Source: Thermoanaerobaculia bacterium (GTDB lineage Bacteria > Acidobacteriota > Thermoanaerobaculia > UBA5066). Taken from it: DNA of 64,000 bases. A program made the translations under genes and the position numbers. How positions within the stretch are numbered: position 1 is the stretch's first letter; the number at the start of each line of letters is the position of its first letter. Positions 10,036 through 20,069 of this stretch are shown here, piece after piece. The notes beneath the pieces were generated by a model. That model worked only from the letters and a program-made list of their open reading frames with translations. It had not been told where the DNA came from and made no database searches. Location of the stretch: the NCBI GenBank assembly GCA_963816185.1, contig CAWFJJ010000025.1, forward strand, positions 416,001-480,000, given 5' to 3'.

Positions 10036-11427
10036 ATGATGAAACTGCCTCATATCCTCGTCTTCGCACTCGCCGTCCGCGGCCCGCTCGGGGCGCAGGC
10101 GCGCGTGCCGACGCCGTCTCACGTCGCCGAGATCGCACGTCTTCCCGCGGACGCCGCCGCGTTGCTCGTCAAGGAGATCGTCGCAGAGCTGAAGGCGGAT
10201 GATCTCGCGGCGCTCGAGTCCCGTTTCGACGAGCCGATGAAGGCGGCGCTGCCGGGCGAGAAGCTGCGTGGGTTCTGGACGGGCGTGGGCGCGACGGGCG
10301 GGCGCTTGAAGTCGTGCGGGGAGCCGCGCATCAGCTCGGCCGCGGAATACACGCTTGTCTTGACGACCTGCACGTTCGAGAGGCAGCGGGCGGACCTGAA
10401 GCTCACGTTTCACCCGGACGGGCGGCTGGCGGGTATGTACTTGGAGGCCGGCGGCGCGTCGCGTCCGGACTGGACGGCGCCGACCTACGTGACGTCGAGC
10501 TCGTTCCGAGAGCACGAAGTGCAGGTCGTCTCGGGTTCCGTGTCGCTTCCCGGAACGCTGTCCATGCCCGCGGGCGACGGCCCGTTCCCGGGCGTCGTCC
10601 TCGTGCACGGCTCGGGCCCCCAGGATCGCGACGAGACGATCGGCGGATTCCGCCCGTTCCAGGATCTCGCGCAGGGCCTCGCCTCGCGCGGCATCGCCGT
10701 GCTGCGTTACGACAAGCGCACGAAGGTTTACCAGAAGGAGCTCGCGGGGATGCGCGACATGACGATTCGCCAGGAGGTGATCGACGACGCGCTCGCGGCG
10801 GTCAAGCTCCTGCGAACCGTGCGAGGCGTCGACCCCAGGCTCATCTTCCTCGCCGGCCACAGTCTCGGGGCGATGCTCGCGCCGAGTATCGGCGTCCTCG
10901 ATGGCTCTTTGGCGGGGGTCGTGCTTCTCGCGGCTCCTTCACGGCCCATGCCGGACGTGATGCGCGACCAGGCGCGATTTCTCGCCGAGCCGGACGCGCC
11001 CGAAGTCCAGCGGCGGGTGGCGCCGGAGATTCTGAAAGATGCGAACGCGCTCGCCGATGTCTATGCGGGCAAGCCGGGCCCGGTTTCCGGCACGATTCTG
11101 GGCGCCTCGGTGTCGTACTGGCTCGGCCTGAAGTCCTATCTTCCGCTCGAGGCCGCACGTTCCCTCGGCAAGCCTCTTCTCATCCTTCAGGGCGAACGCG
11201 ACTATCAGGTCCCGATGGCCGACTTCTACGGGTGGAAGAAAGAACTCGGCGGCCGCCCGGGCGTCGTGCTCAAGTCGTATCCGGCCCTGAATCATCTCTT
11301 TGCACCGGGTAAGGGGCGGAGCGCGCCGGCGGAGTACGAAAAGCCCGGCCACGTCGCGGCCGAGGTCATCGGAGACATCGCAGCCTTCGTGAAGAAGACC
11401 CCGCCCTCGGCTGTGAAAGCGCCCTGA
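10036..11427 (+). CDS. Secreted alpha/beta hydrolase with DUF3887-like N-domain
   Basis: Signal peptide; [22 protein letters not shown] nucleophile, [13 protein letters not shown]. Confidence 0.87.
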   Translation: MMKLPHILVFALAVRGPLGAQARVPTPSHVAEIARLPADAAALLVKEIVAELKADDLAALESRFDEPMKAALPGEKLRGFWTGVGATGGRLKSCGEPRISSAAEYTLVLTTCTFERQRADLKLTFHPDGRLAGMYLEAGGASRPDWTAPTYVTSSSFREHEVQVVSGSVSLPGTLSMPAGDGPFPGVVLVHGSGPQDRDETIGGFRPFQDLAQGLASRGIAVLRYDKRTKVYQKELAGMRDMTIRQEVIDDALAAVKLLRTVRGVDPRLIFLAGHSLGAMLAPSIGVLDGSLAGVVLLAAPSRPMPDVMRDQARFLAEPDAPEVQRRVAPEILKDANALADVYAGKPGPVSGTILGASVSYWLGLKSYLPLEAARSLGKPLLILQGERDYQVPMADFYGWKKELGGRPGVVLKSYPALNHLFAPGKGRSAPAEYEKPGHVAAEVIGDIAAFVKKTPPSAVKAP

Positions 11428-11452
11428 CGCGCGGGAAGCGCGGAGCCTCTTC

Positions 11453-12734
11453 TCAGTGGCGCGCGGCGATCGCACCGACGAAGAACTTCGGATAGCGCGC
11501 CGCGACGGCATCCACGTCCGGGACGAACGTGACCTCGCGAAAGCCGGCTGCCAGGAAGCTCGCACGCCAGGACGAGGGCGAGAGGAACCCGTGATTCGGC
11601 CGGAGAACCGGGTGGAGCTTCACGTCCGTGAAGGTCGTGAGGAAATTGAAGACGAAATCGACGTAGGAGGGCGGCGGATGCGCACCAGGCTTCACGCATT
11701 CCGAGACGACGACGACCCCACCGGGTTTCAGCGCGGCTCTCGCCTGACCGAGGACGAACGCGAGATCGGGCGCGACGTGGAAGCAATTCACGGAGTAAAC
11801 CGCGTCGAAGGAGGCGGGCGCGACACCCTGAGCCTCCCACGGCATCGTCATGTCGAGCTTCGCGGCCTCCACGTGCGTTCCTTCGGCTGCCGCGGCGCGC
11901 GCCGCACGTTCGCCCCGGCGCGCGAACGTGGGGACGAGCTCCGTGAAGAGCCAGCGCGCGACGCGCGTGCCGAGGCGGCGGAGCGCTTCTTCGGCCGCGC
12001 TCCCGCAGCCGCCGCCGATCTCGAGGATCTCGGCGCCCTTCTTCGGGCAGGACGCGTGCAAGCGTCTCGGCGCCGAGCGTGTTGTTGATCGTGTAGAGGA
12101 TGTTCGCGTTCGAGAAATACCGGATCCAGAGCGGGAGTCGAACGGGCGAAAAGAGGATCTCCTCGCCCGTCTTCTTCCCGCGGAAGAACTCCGCCGCCTC
12201 GGCCGCGAGGAGCGTCACGATGTCGGCGCCGACGGCGGCATCGGGCTCGGTGGCGGCGAGCTCGGCCGCGAGGGATTCGACCGTTCCCGGTTGCGTCCCG
12301 CTCAGGGATACGGTGGTTCTCGGAAGATTTTTTTTCTCCCGTGCGGTTCCTGCTGCCGGTGGGGCGGGGGCCGTGGTGGATTTTCTTAGAAGGTGAATGG
12401 GGGCTGCGGCAGCGGGAACGGCCGTCGCGATTCCCGATGAGTCATCGTCACCCACCCTTCTAAGAAAAAATCCGCTCGCACCGAGCTTCTCGATCATGTA
12501 GCGGAGTGCGGGGCGGGTGCGCTCGGGGTATTGAGCAAGAATCTCTTCTTCTTCCTGCGTCTCCCCGGGCGCGGGCCGCGCGCCGATGTCGCCGAGGATC
12601 TTCCAGCAGGCCGCGTCGACGAGCTCGTCGTAGATCTCCGTCGCGACGAGGAATCGCTGCGAGAAGAGCGCTCGGACGGCATCGTCGGAGATGGCGCCGA
12701 CGACGGCTGGGAAATCTCGGGCGACGGTGCGCAT
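11453..12734 (-). CDS. Class I SAM-dependent methyltransferase; one frameshift near 12040 (extra base in a G run) and an internal palindromic insertion
   Basis: ILEIGGGCGS SAM motif, FDAVYSVNCFH, LKPGG; N-terminal frame 12734-~12040 joins C-terminal frame ~12040-11453. Confidence 0.75.
12378..12473. repeat. Intragenic AT-rich inverted repeat (translated palindromic element)
   Basis: TTTTCTTAGAAGG 12381-12393 and CCTTCTAAGAAAA 12456-12468 form a perfect 13-bp IR inside a GC-rich ORF. Confidence 0.75.
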
Positions 12735-12781
12735 CGGCTCGAGAATGATACGGGGAGCCGCTTTTCATAGAATGCGCGCCC

Positions 12782-13432
12782 ATGCTCGTCAGGATTGCCC
12801 GGCACGGCGAGAGCGAGGGCAATTTCGCCGGCTCGCTGCAGGGCTCCCGCTTCGACACGCCTCTTTCGGAGCGGGGAAGCCGCCAGGCCGAATATCTCGC
12901 CGTCCGCCTCGCGGGTGAGGCGATCGACGCGGTGTGGGCCAGCCCGATGATCCGGGCTCGTGAAACCGCCGCCGTCGTCGCGACCGCGCTCGGCCTCGGC
13001 GTGTCGCTGGACGCCGACCTCGTCGAGTTCGACTGGGGCGTCTGGTCGGGCCGGCCCTACAACGGGGCGATCGAGAAGGAGGTTTCGGGCGTGAGAGCGC
13101 GCTGGCGGGCGGGCGAGACGAAGCTTTCGCCTGCAGGAGGCGAGTCGCCCGCGCACGCCGCTGTCCGCGCCGACCGCTTTCTCGCGCGGCTTTCGGCCTC
13201 GGGGGCGCGCGCCCCGCTGGTCGTCGCGCACGGGCGCTTCAACCGCATCCTCATGGCGCGGCTTCTCGGACGAGAGCTCGGGCGGATGGACGAGATCCGC
13301 CAGCGGAACGGTTCGCTGTCCGTCTTCGAATGGGACGGGTCTCGACCGGCGACGCCGCTTCTCCTCGACGACGTCTCGCATCTGCCGCCGGAATTCCAGA
13401 CCGTCTCGGTTCTCTCCGACAGCGTCAAGTAA
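12782..13432 (+). CDS. Histidine phosphatase (phosphoglycerate mutase family)
   Basis: RHGES, SPMIRARETA, EFDWG.W.G, GGES, VVAHG motifs. Confidence 0.9.
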   Translation: MLVRIARHGESEGNFAGSLQGSRFDTPLSERGSRQAEYLAVRLAGEAIDAVWASPMIRARETAAVVATALGLGVSLDADLVEFDWGVWSGRPYNGAIEKEVSGVRARWRAGETKLSPAGGESPAHAAVRADRFLARLSASGARAPLVVAHGRFNRILMARLLGRELGRMDEIRQRNGSLSVFEWDGSRPATPLLLDDVSHLPPEFQTVSVLSDSVK

Positions 13433-14171
13433 CGGGCGTCGCGCCGCGCTCCTCCGAGACACCTGCGCTCCGGATCGCCTTGGCCGCGATTCGTGCGATG
13501 AAGATCGTGGCGACGACGGCCGCGACCGCGAGGCTGATCTTGATCGTCTTCTGGAGCGCCGTCGCGCTTCCCGTCACATCCCCGAGGGCGGAGCCGAAGT
13601 AGACGTAGGCGAGCGTGCCCGGCAGCATCGCGATCCAGCTCGCGAAAAAGTACGACGCGAGCTTCACCGGCGTCAGGCCGAAGAGGTAATTGACGATCGT
13701 GAAGGGAAAGACGGGCGAGAGCCGGACGAGCGCGACGATTTTCGCCCCTTCCTTCTCGATCGCCCGGTTCAGGCTCCCGAACGTCTTGTTCGCCGCGGCG
13801 ATTTTCTGCACACGCCGCCGGAATGCGCCGCGGGCGAGAAGGAACGCGAGGGTGGCTGCCGTGATCGAGGCAAGGGAAACGAGAATCGTTCCCGTCACGA
13901 CGCCGTAAACGGCGCCGGCGGCGAGCGTCATGATCGCGGCGGGGCCCCCGGGGATGAGCGACGCGCCGATGTAAACGAGGCCGAAGATGAGGAAGCCGAG
14001 CGTCCCCTGCCCCCTCACGTACGTCTTGAATTCCTCGATCCACGCCGCGATCGGCAGGAGCCGGAAGAGAACGAACAGGCCGGCGACGACGGCGGCGGCG
14101 AGGGCCACCTTCGCGAGAGGAAAAGGCTTCTTCGCGGAAGGAGCGGGTGGGCCGGCGGATGCTTCGGCCAT
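13425..14171 (-). CDS. TVP38/TMEM64 (DedA/VTT) membrane protein
   Basis: Multiple TM segments; TLAAGAVYG, LVRLSPVFPF..VNYLFGLT, MLPGT motifs. Confidence 0.9.
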   Translation of the reverse strand: MAEASAGPPAPSAKKPFPLAKVALAAAVVAGLFVLFRLLPIAAWIEEFKTYVRGQGTLGFLIFGLVYIGASLIPGGPAAIMTLAAGAVYGVVTGTILVSLASITAATLAFLLARGAFRRRVQKIAAANKTFGSLNRAIEKEGAKIVALVRLSPVFPFTIVNYLFGLTPVKLASYFFASWIAMLPGTLAYVYFGSALGDVTGSATALQKTIKISLAVAAVVATIFIARIAAKAIRSAGVSEERGATPVT

Positions 14172-14173
14172 GG

Positions 14174-15649
14174 CTATCTCCTGAGAAACGCGGCGAGCTT
14201 CGTGAGGATCCTCTTGCGGCCCGGCGTCAGCGATGTCTTCAGGTAGGCGCGCGCGAGGGCGCCGTTGATCTCCGAAAGGGACGGGTACGCGTGGATCACC
14301 GAGCCGAGTGCCGAGATGCCGAGCCCGTTCTTCTTCGCGAGGACGATCTCGCCGAGCAGGTCGCCGGCGTGCGGGTGGACGATGGTGGCGCCCAGGATCT
14401 TCCCTTTCAGATCGACGAGCACCTTCGCGAAGTTGTCGTCCTGCGTCCCGTCGCAGACGGCCCGATCGTTGTGGAGGAACTCCGCGTGGAAGATACGATA
14501 GGGTACGTTCTTTCTCTTTGCGTCGTCCTCGCCGAGGCCGACGTGGGCGATCTCCGGGTCGGTGTACGTGATCCAGGGCGTGTTGTCGAAGTCGCACTTC
14601 GCGAGAGCCACGGGGGACAGGGTGTTGCGCAGAACGATGCCCGCCTGATAGCCCGCCCAGTGCGTGAAGAGGTAGTTGCCGGCCACGTCTCCGATGGCCC
14701 AGATCGAGGGCACGCTCGTGCGGCACTTCGCGTCGGTGGCGATGGCTTTCTGATCGTGTGTCACGCCGACACCCTCGAGGTTCAACCCTTCGATGTTCGG
14801 GCGCCGGCCCGTCGCCACGAGGATCTCGTCCACCGCGACGTCGAACTCGGCGCCGCCCGCAATCTTCACCGTGACGACCTTCTTCCCGTCCCTTTTCGTG
14901 ACTTTCGTGGCGCGCGCGCCGTCGTGGATCGTGACGCCTTCTTCCTTCAGCCGCTTCGCCAGGACGGCGGCGACGTCCGCGTCTTCCTTCGGACAGATGT
15001 GCGGTGTCGAGGAAACGATCGTCACCTTCGAGCCCAGGCGCGAGAAGGCCTGGCCGAGCTCGGTGCCGATGGGCCCGCCGCCCATCAAAAGCAGGCTGCC
15101 CGGCAGCTTCGTGACGGAGAAGACACTTTCGTTCGTGAGGTAGCCGGCGTCTTCGAGCCCCGGGATCGGATGGATCATGGCGCGCGAGCCGGTCGCGATG
15201 ACGACGTGCTTCCCCCACACGGTCGTGCCGCCGACCTCGACCTCGTGGGCGGACTTCAGGTGGCCCGCGCCGAGCATCACGTCGACGCCGAGGCCGGTGA
15301 AACGCTCCACGGAGTCGGCCGGAGAGATCTCGGCCTGTGCGTGGCGAACGTAATCCAGAACGGCTTTGATGTCCTGCGGTCCGGGGTCGGAGACGCCGTG
15401 AATCGCGAAACGTCCCGCCTCTCGGACGGCGTGGGCGGCCTTCGCGGCGCGGAGCAGCGCCTTCGAGGGAACGCAACCGTACTGCAGGCAGTCGCCGCCC
15501 ATCGCCCGAACCGGTGTCGAGCCCTCCGGCGTGAAGGGAAGAACGTGCTTCTCCGCGAGCGCGACGCGGGCGCCCAGCCCCGATCCGCCGGCGGCGACGA
15601 CGAGGCCGCCGGAGCCCGCGCCGATCACGACGAGGTTGTAGCGTTCCAT
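14174..15649 (-). CDS. FAD-dependent pyridine nucleotide-disulfide oxidoreductase (Lpd/MerA-like family)
   Basis: VIGAGSGG, GGDCLQYGCVPSK redox disulfide, GGGPIG, AIGDV, HAYPSLSE; no MerA C-terminal Cys pair. Confidence 0.88.
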   Translation of the reverse strand: MERYNLVVIGAGSGGLVVAAGGSGLGARVALAEKHVLPFTPEGSTPVRAMGGDCLQYGCVPSKALLRAAKAAHAVREAGRFAIHGVSDPGPQDIKAVLDYVRHAQAEISPADSVERFTGLGVDVMLGAGHLKSAHEVEVGGTTVWGKHVVIATGSRAMIHPIPGLEDAGYLTNESVFSVTKLPGSLLLMGGGPIGTELGQAFSRLGSKVTIVSSTPHICPKEDADVAAVLAKRLKEEGVTIHDGARATKVTKRDGKKVVTVKIAGGAEFDVAVDEILVATGRRPNIEGLNLEGVGVTHDQKAIATDAKCRTSVPSIWAIGDVAGNYLFTHWAGYQAGIVLRNTLSPVALAKCDFDNTPWITYTDPEIAHVGLGEDDAKRKNVPYRIFHAEFLHNDRAVCDGTQDDNFAKVLVDLKGKILGATIVHPHAGDLLGEIVLAKKNGLGISALGSVIHAYPSLSEINGALARAYLKTSLTPGRKRILTKLAAFLRR

Positions 15650-15769
15650 CTGGACTCCTTGCGGGGAATACGGGCGGGGCGGCGCTTCCGATCAGAGATG
15701 AATGTCGCAGCCCCACTCGTTTCTTCCGAAGACGGCAATTTCGCGCTTTTCGAGTCGTAAACTGTTCGC

Positions 15770-15844
15770 GGGAGGTTAGCTCAGCGGGAGAGCGTCTGCT
15801 TTACACGCAGCAGGTCGCGGGTTCGATCCCCGCACCTCCCACCA
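15770..15844 (+). tRNA. tRNA-Val (anticodon TAC)
   Basis: Acceptor GGGAGGT/ACCTCCC, D-arm AGCTCAGCGGGAGAGC, anticodon loop TTTACAC, T-arm GCGGG-TTCGATC-CCCGC, encoded CCA. Confidence 0.96.
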
Positions 15845-15978
15845 CTTCTTGTTGACATAAACTCTTCGGAACCCGTTAGTTATAGGGAAATGAGGCGGCT
15901 ATGCGTTAAAACGTAGTCAGGTTTCGTCTACCGCCTGCCGGGTGCGGAGCGGGTGCGGGAAGAAGGGGGACGTCCACC

Positions 15979-16470
15979 GTGAAGTTCAAGATCACACGCC
16001 GCTCGCTCGCAGCGCTCAAACCGAAGGACGGATCGGAGCACGGGACGAGGCTCGCGGATAGCGACCTGCGGGGCTTTTTCATCAGCGTGTACAGGACGGG
16101 CCGCATCGTCTATGGCGTTCGCTACCGTGTGAACGGCATGCGCCGCTCAGTTCTGCTCGGCGAATTCCCGGCTGTCACGCCCGAGGATGCACGCAAGGCC
16201 GCGCTCGTGGTCATCGGCGGCGCGGCGAAGGGCGAAGACGAAGCCGAGAAAAGAACGGCATCCCGCGCCGCCGCACGGGGGAAGGCTGATCGCATCACGT
16301 TCGCGAGTTGGCGCGACACGTACCTGAAGGACGCCGCCCGGCGCATGAAGTCCACTCGCGACGTGGAACGCTACCTCACGATGGCCGGGGAAGAGTGGGA
16401 CCGGCGCCCGCTCGCCGAAATCACGACCCGCGACGTTCGGACATCGACGGCGAAGGCAGGTCCGCCGTGA
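15979..16470 (+). pseudogene. Tyrosine integrase N-terminal fragment (Arm DNA-binding domain plus start of core-binding domain); catalytic domain absent
   Basis: DSDLRGF...YRVNG.RR.V.LGEFP.VT.EDAR..A pattern of P4-like integrases; directly downstream of tRNA; stops after 163 aa. Confidence 0.82.
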
Positions 16471-16777
16471 TCCGATATCCGCCGCTCTCCTCGAACCAGA
16501 CGCATTCGGTCGGTGACAAGGCGAGGCATCCCTTGAAACGCCCTTTCCAGCGGTCCCTCAGAAATCCCTGCGCCCACCTAATGGCCTTGCCCCGGCTCAG
16601 GTCCTCGGGCACATCGGTCTCGTCGTAGCAGCCCGCAAAATATCTGACGGTGAGCGTCCGGACGAAGGGCTTGTCGTCGGTGGCATGACCCGTCTGTCTC
16701 GCCATACTCGTCATCCCTTCCTCGGCTCCGCCAGTTTTTCGCGTCCGAGAATTTTGAGCACGGTCTGCGCGTTCCAC
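16421..16777 (-). CDS. Hypothetical protein (start uncertain)
   Basis: ORF co-directional with the element's gene string; no recognisable motif. Confidence 0.4.
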   Translation of the reverse strand: MERADRAQNSRTRKTGGAEEGMTSMARQTGHATDDKPFVRTLTVRYFAGCYDETDVPEDLSRGKAIRWAQGFLRDRWKGRFKGCLALSPTECVWFEESGGYRITADLPSPSMSERRGS

Positions 16778-17256
16778 GGACGCCCCGAGCGCGTCGGGAT
16801 ACGGTCATGGTTCAGCGCCGCCGCCACGGCTCGCAGCGAGGCGCCCTGAGCCTTCATCGCGGCTATCCTCTCCACGACAGGCGCCTCCTCGGGAACGGAC
16901 TCCAGACGACCGTCAGCGCCCGTCCGGGACCCATAGGGGGCTGGTCCGGCGTGAAGGCCTTTCGCCTTTCGCGCCGCGTGGAAGAACTTCATACGCTGCG
17001 AGCCCCTGACGCGCTCAAGCTCCGCGAGCATGCGGTCCAACGCAGCGCGGATCGGATCGTCCTTCGCCTCCCCGATGGCGATGACGCGGCCACCGGCCTG
17101 CTTCACGCGGACCCGCAAGTAGCCTGCTAGGTCGGTATCGCGTGCCAGCCGGTCAGAATGCGCGACGATGAGCACCGAGGCGCGTTTCGATTTGATGCTG
17201 TTCAGCGCTTCCGCTAGTCCCGGACGCCGACGTCTCCTCTTACGCTTCGCGGGCAT
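16711..17256 (-). pseudogene. Serine recombinase (resolvase plus recombinase domain) lacking the N-terminal catalytic YxRVS segment
   Basis: RPGL..AL, VLIVAHSDRLARD, AELER, APYG, SLRAVAAALN...IPTRSGRPW..TV motifs. Confidence 0.75.
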
Positions 17257-17710
17257 CGGGGTCTCCGGGCAGTATTACCTCGGGCCGGGGCGGCGTGGAC
17301 ACGGTCGCCCGCATCTCGGCCAGATGGGCGTCTCGCCGCGCACGTGCTGTCTCAGCGGCCCGGCGCAGAACCTCGGTAACGTCGAATTTGAACGGGGTGT
17401 TCACGTCGACCTGCTGCTTCGGCCTGCCATGCAGCGCCTCAAAGAGGAACTTCTCGGCGGCGAGCCGGACGAACGGGTTCCGCTCACGCAGCAGGCGCGT
17501 CCACCGCTCGACAGCGGGGGGCAGCTTGGACTCGGCGTCCCCCTTCGCCAGCGCCTCCAGCATCGCGCGCCCGCCGACGGCCTCCGTCACGATGGTGCGC
17601 TTGTTCCTCACCCCTTCGGGTCGGCCGGGACCGCCGGGGTTGCCCTCCGCGAACTTGACCGGGCCGCCGACCGCTCCGTGTCGCTTCTCCGTTTTGCTCC
17701 CGTTATCCAC
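17240..17710 (-). CDS. DUF5681-like / small-terminase-like phage protein
   Basis: FAEGNPGGPGRPEGVRNK N-terminal motif and HGRPKQQV segment typical of this phage family. Confidence 0.55.
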   Translation of the reverse strand: MDNGSKTEKRHGAVGGPVKFAEGNPGGPGRPEGVRNKRTIVTEAVGGRAMLEALAKGDAESKLPPAVERWTRLLRERNPFVRLAAEKFLFEALHGRPKQQVDVNTPFKFDVTEVLRRAAETARARRDAHLAEMRATVSTPPRPEVILPGDPDAREA

Positions 17711-17960
17711 GCCGCCCTCCTCGTGCTCTTGAGGTCCCTTCGACCCCCGCGACGCCGGGCGGCGCGAACTCGGGCGTGCGGCTCTCTCTGTCCCTGATCC
17801 ACGCCTCCACGTCTTCGCGGCGGTAGACGACGTTCGTCGCGCTGATGTAGATGGGCCCGCGCCCGCCGACGCCGCGACCGCGCCGGTCCCATGCGCCGAC
17901 GGTGGCCGTCTTGACTCTGACGAGCGCGGCGAACTCTCGTCGCGAGATGAAGCCGTTCAC
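17703..17960 (-). CDS. AlpA/excisionase-like HTH protein
   Basis: ISRREFAALVRVK.ATV..W....GP.YI.....VVYRREDVEAWI pattern. Confidence 0.75.
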   Translation of the reverse strand: MNGFISRREFAALVRVKTATVGAWDRRGRGVGGRGPIYISATNVVYRREDVEAWIRDRESRTPEFAPPGVAGVEGTSRARGGRRG

Positions 17961-17991
17961 GACGGCCTCCCGACGGGATGCGAACGGCGCG

Positions 17992-19413
17992 TCATGCGTC
18001 GCTCTCCAGCGCGGCTACCTCGGAATTGAAGGCGTCCTCGTCGGCCGGAACCGGGTCGAGACGAAGTTCCCGGTTTCGCTCCGCACCTGCGGAAGTCTGG
18101 AGACGGTCCCCCGAGGAGGATGAGGTTCCGGGTTCCGCCTTCTTATAGAAGGCGGGAACCTCGGGAACCTCGTCATCTCCGGGTGAGGTTCCGGCGTTAA
18201 GGGGAACCTCGTGGGAACCTCCGGGAACCTCAACCTCCTGACGCTGCCTCGGAGTGGTGCTGACATGCCATCCGAAGGTCTTTCCGTCCCCCTTCGGCTG
18301 GCCGTATATGCGGCCCGAGTCCTTGAGTAAACGGTGTGCAGCGAGCCGGTCGGCCCTCCGCATCTGTGTCGCGCTGCCGATCTCATCGTGGGTCACGCCG
18401 GGGTTCAGGAGGACCACGCGGTAGACCCTCTCCGCGTCTTCGCGAAGCTTGGCTGCGGGAGTCGGCCGGTCGGTCGTCGAGGCGGCCTCCAACTCGAAGA
18501 CGGCGTGCTCGCTGTCGAAGGTGAGCGCCATCGGCGGCAGGTCCATACCGTGGCGGACCTTGTCGAACGCGAGGCTCCGGTCGGTCGGAGCGGCACCCCT
18601 GCGCCGCTCCAGCCGAAGCGCGAGGTCCACGTCGTCGAGCATCGCGCCCGTACCGCGGACCCGATGCCGTCCGTCCCGGTACTCGGACGGCTTCGAGAGG
18701 TGGTGTATGAGGCAGAAGGCCATCCCGTACCGCACCGCGAGGTCCCGAAGCGGCTTCGTCACGCCAGCCATGAAGGCCGTCGAGGAGTTCTCGTCGCCGG
18801 GAAAGAAGCGCCTCAGCGGGTCGGCTACGACGAGCCGGACGTCGAGGCGGGCGCACCGCTCGATGAACTCCTCGAACTCGGCGGACGCGAACGCGGGCAC
18901 GAGCATCTTCACGGGCGGCACGTAGAGGTTGGGCTTCTCGATGCCGAGCGCCGCCGCCGCGACGTGCAGCCGCTCAAGGGAGAGGCGACGACTTCCCTCG
19001 CCGATGAACAAGGCCACGGGGACAGCGCGTGGGACGCTCCAGCCGAGGATGCCGCGCCCTGCCGAGAGGCACAGGCTGACCTGCCCCACGAGCGTGGTTT
19101 TCCCGGAGCCGCTCTCGCCCGCCACGAGGGCCACGCCTGCCTCAGGCAAGAGGCCGTCGATGAGGTAGGACTCCTGAGGCGCGGGTTCCTTGAGTGCGTC
19201 GTCCAGAAGCACGGGGGTTCTTTGGGCCTCGTTCGCCGCTTCACGCTCCGCGTCGGCTTCGGCGTCGAGGCGCTCGAAGTCCTCGGGTGTGTACGCGGAC
19301 TCCAGCAGCGCCTCTGCTGCCCTGAGTCGGTCAGCGGTGTCGGACGCGCTCTTGCGGTAGAGGTATTCCGCCGCGTCCCGCTTCAACTTCGCGCGCCGGT
19401 CGTCGTCGCTCAC
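17992..19413 (-). CDS. RepA-like AAA helicase (AAA_25 / RecA-family) replication protein
   Basis: YLIDGLLP, Walker A AGESGSGKT, Walker B LVVADPL, DEN, LIHHLSK, RGTGA; C-terminal HTH. Confidence 0.85.
   Translation of the reverse strand: MSDDDRRAKLKRDAAEYLYRKSASDTADRLRAAEALLESAYTPEDFERLDAEADAEREAANEAQRTPVLLDDALKEPAPQESYLIDGLLPEAGVALVAGESGSGKTTLVGQVSLCLSAGRGILGWSVPRAVPVALFIGEGSRRLSLERLHVAAAALGIEKPNLYVPPVKMLVPAFASAEFEEFIERCARLDVRLVVADPLRRFFPGDENSSTAFMAGVTKPLRDLAVRYGMAFCLIHHLSKPSEYRDGRHRVRGTGAMLDDVDLALRLERRRGAAPTDRSLAFDKVRHGMDLPPMALTFDSEHAVFELEAASTTDRPTPAAKLREDAERVYRVVLLNPGVTHDEIGSATQMRRADRLAAHRLLKDSGRIYGQPKGDGKTFGWHVSTTPRQRQEVEVPGGSHEVPLNAGTSPGDDEVPEVPAFYKKAEPGTSSSSGDRLQTSAGAERNRELRLDPVPADEDAFNSEVAALESDA
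18122..18231. repeat. Iteron cluster around a palindrome: probable replication origin inside rep
   Basis: GGGAACCTC at 18154, 18163, 18202, 18213, 18223; inverted copies at 18122, 18130, 18185; palindrome CCGCCTTCT-TAT-AGAAGGCGG 18135-18155. Confidence 0.72.
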
Positions 19414-19634
19414 GAGTTGTTCCCTGCGAGGGGCATGGCCGACTCCACCGGGCGCGGCGCGAAGCGACGCCGGAGCGCCTCGAGATCCACGAGGAGGAGC
19501 TTTCCGTCGCGGACGGCGGGCACTTCGCCGCGCCTCACCGCGAGCCGAACGGTGCCGACGGATCGGCCCACGTCCGCACCGCCGAACTCAAGTCTGACGA
19601 ACTTCGCTTCGACGTGTGGCGATGTACTTCTCAT
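19410..19634 (-). CDS. Small excisionase-like HTH protein
   Basis: VGRSVGTVR..VRRGEVPAVRDG...LVDLEAL pattern; overlaps the rep start. Confidence 0.6.
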   Translation of the reverse strand: MRSTSPHVEAKFVRLEFGGADVGRSVGTVRLAVRRGEVPAVRDGKLLLVDLEALRRRFAPRPVESAMPLAGNNS

Positions 19635-19684
19635 CGCCGCAAAGGTGTGGCGATGAGCCGAGGATTAATAGGTCACTTCTGCCC

Positions 19685-20065
19685 CTATTTGCCGCGCTTC
19701 TTCGGCCTACCTCGCGGGCGACCCTGCCCCTGCTTCGCGCGTTCTCTGTTGAGCTTCCGGCGGATCGAGTCGGCGTCCTCGAGGCCCGTACCGGGTCCAG
19801 CGATGATCCGGCCGTCGGAGCGAACGACGCCGACCTTGCCGTCTGCGAGCGCCTGCGCGAGATCGCGGGATCCCTGATACCACGGAGCGTTCAGTTCCTC
19901 GGCGCACTGCTCTGGCGTAAAGCCGAGCGCCTTCATCGTCGCCATCACGGTATTCAGGTCTCCCTTGAACGCGTGGGCCTTCAGGTGGTCGAAGTAGTCA
20001 GAGCCGCCGAGAAGGTCTCTCCTCTCCCTGCTCCTCTGCCCGACCGGCTTGCGCTTCCTCGGCAC
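19685..20065 (-). CDS. Hypothetical protein with C-terminal AT-hook-like motif
   Basis: GTG start after GGGGGCGAGGA; ends GRPRGRPKKRGK. Confidence 0.55.
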   Translation of the reverse strand: MPRKRKPVGQRSRERRDLLGGSDYFDHLKAHAFKGDLNTVMATMKALGFTPEQCAEELNAPWYQGSRDLAQALADGKVGVVRSDGRIIAGPGTGLEDADSIRRKLNRERAKQGQGRPRGRPKKRGK

Positions 20066-20069
20066 CGAG

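Noticed and set aside
8830-11427. Long ORF-track versions of sucC (676 aa) and the hydrolase (603 aa)
   Set aside because: The extensions are stop-free antisense overlaps typical of high-GC DNA; true starts are at 9996 and ~10036.
11453-12734. Programmed frameshift or two-gene split of the methyltransferase
   Set aside because: Removing one G from a short G run near 12040 restores the frame; this matches the indel-error pattern elsewhere in the window.
14174-15649. Mercuric reductase merA call
   Set aside because: No N-terminal metal-binding domain, no C-terminal Cys-Cys and no mer operon. Pairing with a TVP38 gene is a common arrangement.
13425-15716. 763-aa fusion ORF ending in the TVP38 domain
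   Set aside because: The upstream part is an Arg-rich shadow frame of the oxidoreductase; TVP38 starts at 14171 after a GGAG RBS.
15852-15885. Sigma70 promoter for the integrase (TTGACA at 15852)
   Set aside because: No convincing -10 hexamer at 16-18 bp spacing; the AT-rich tract may simply be att-arm sequence.
18122-18231. CRISPR array
   Set aside because: Repeats are 9 bp, in both orientations, without regular spacers; no cas genes in the window.
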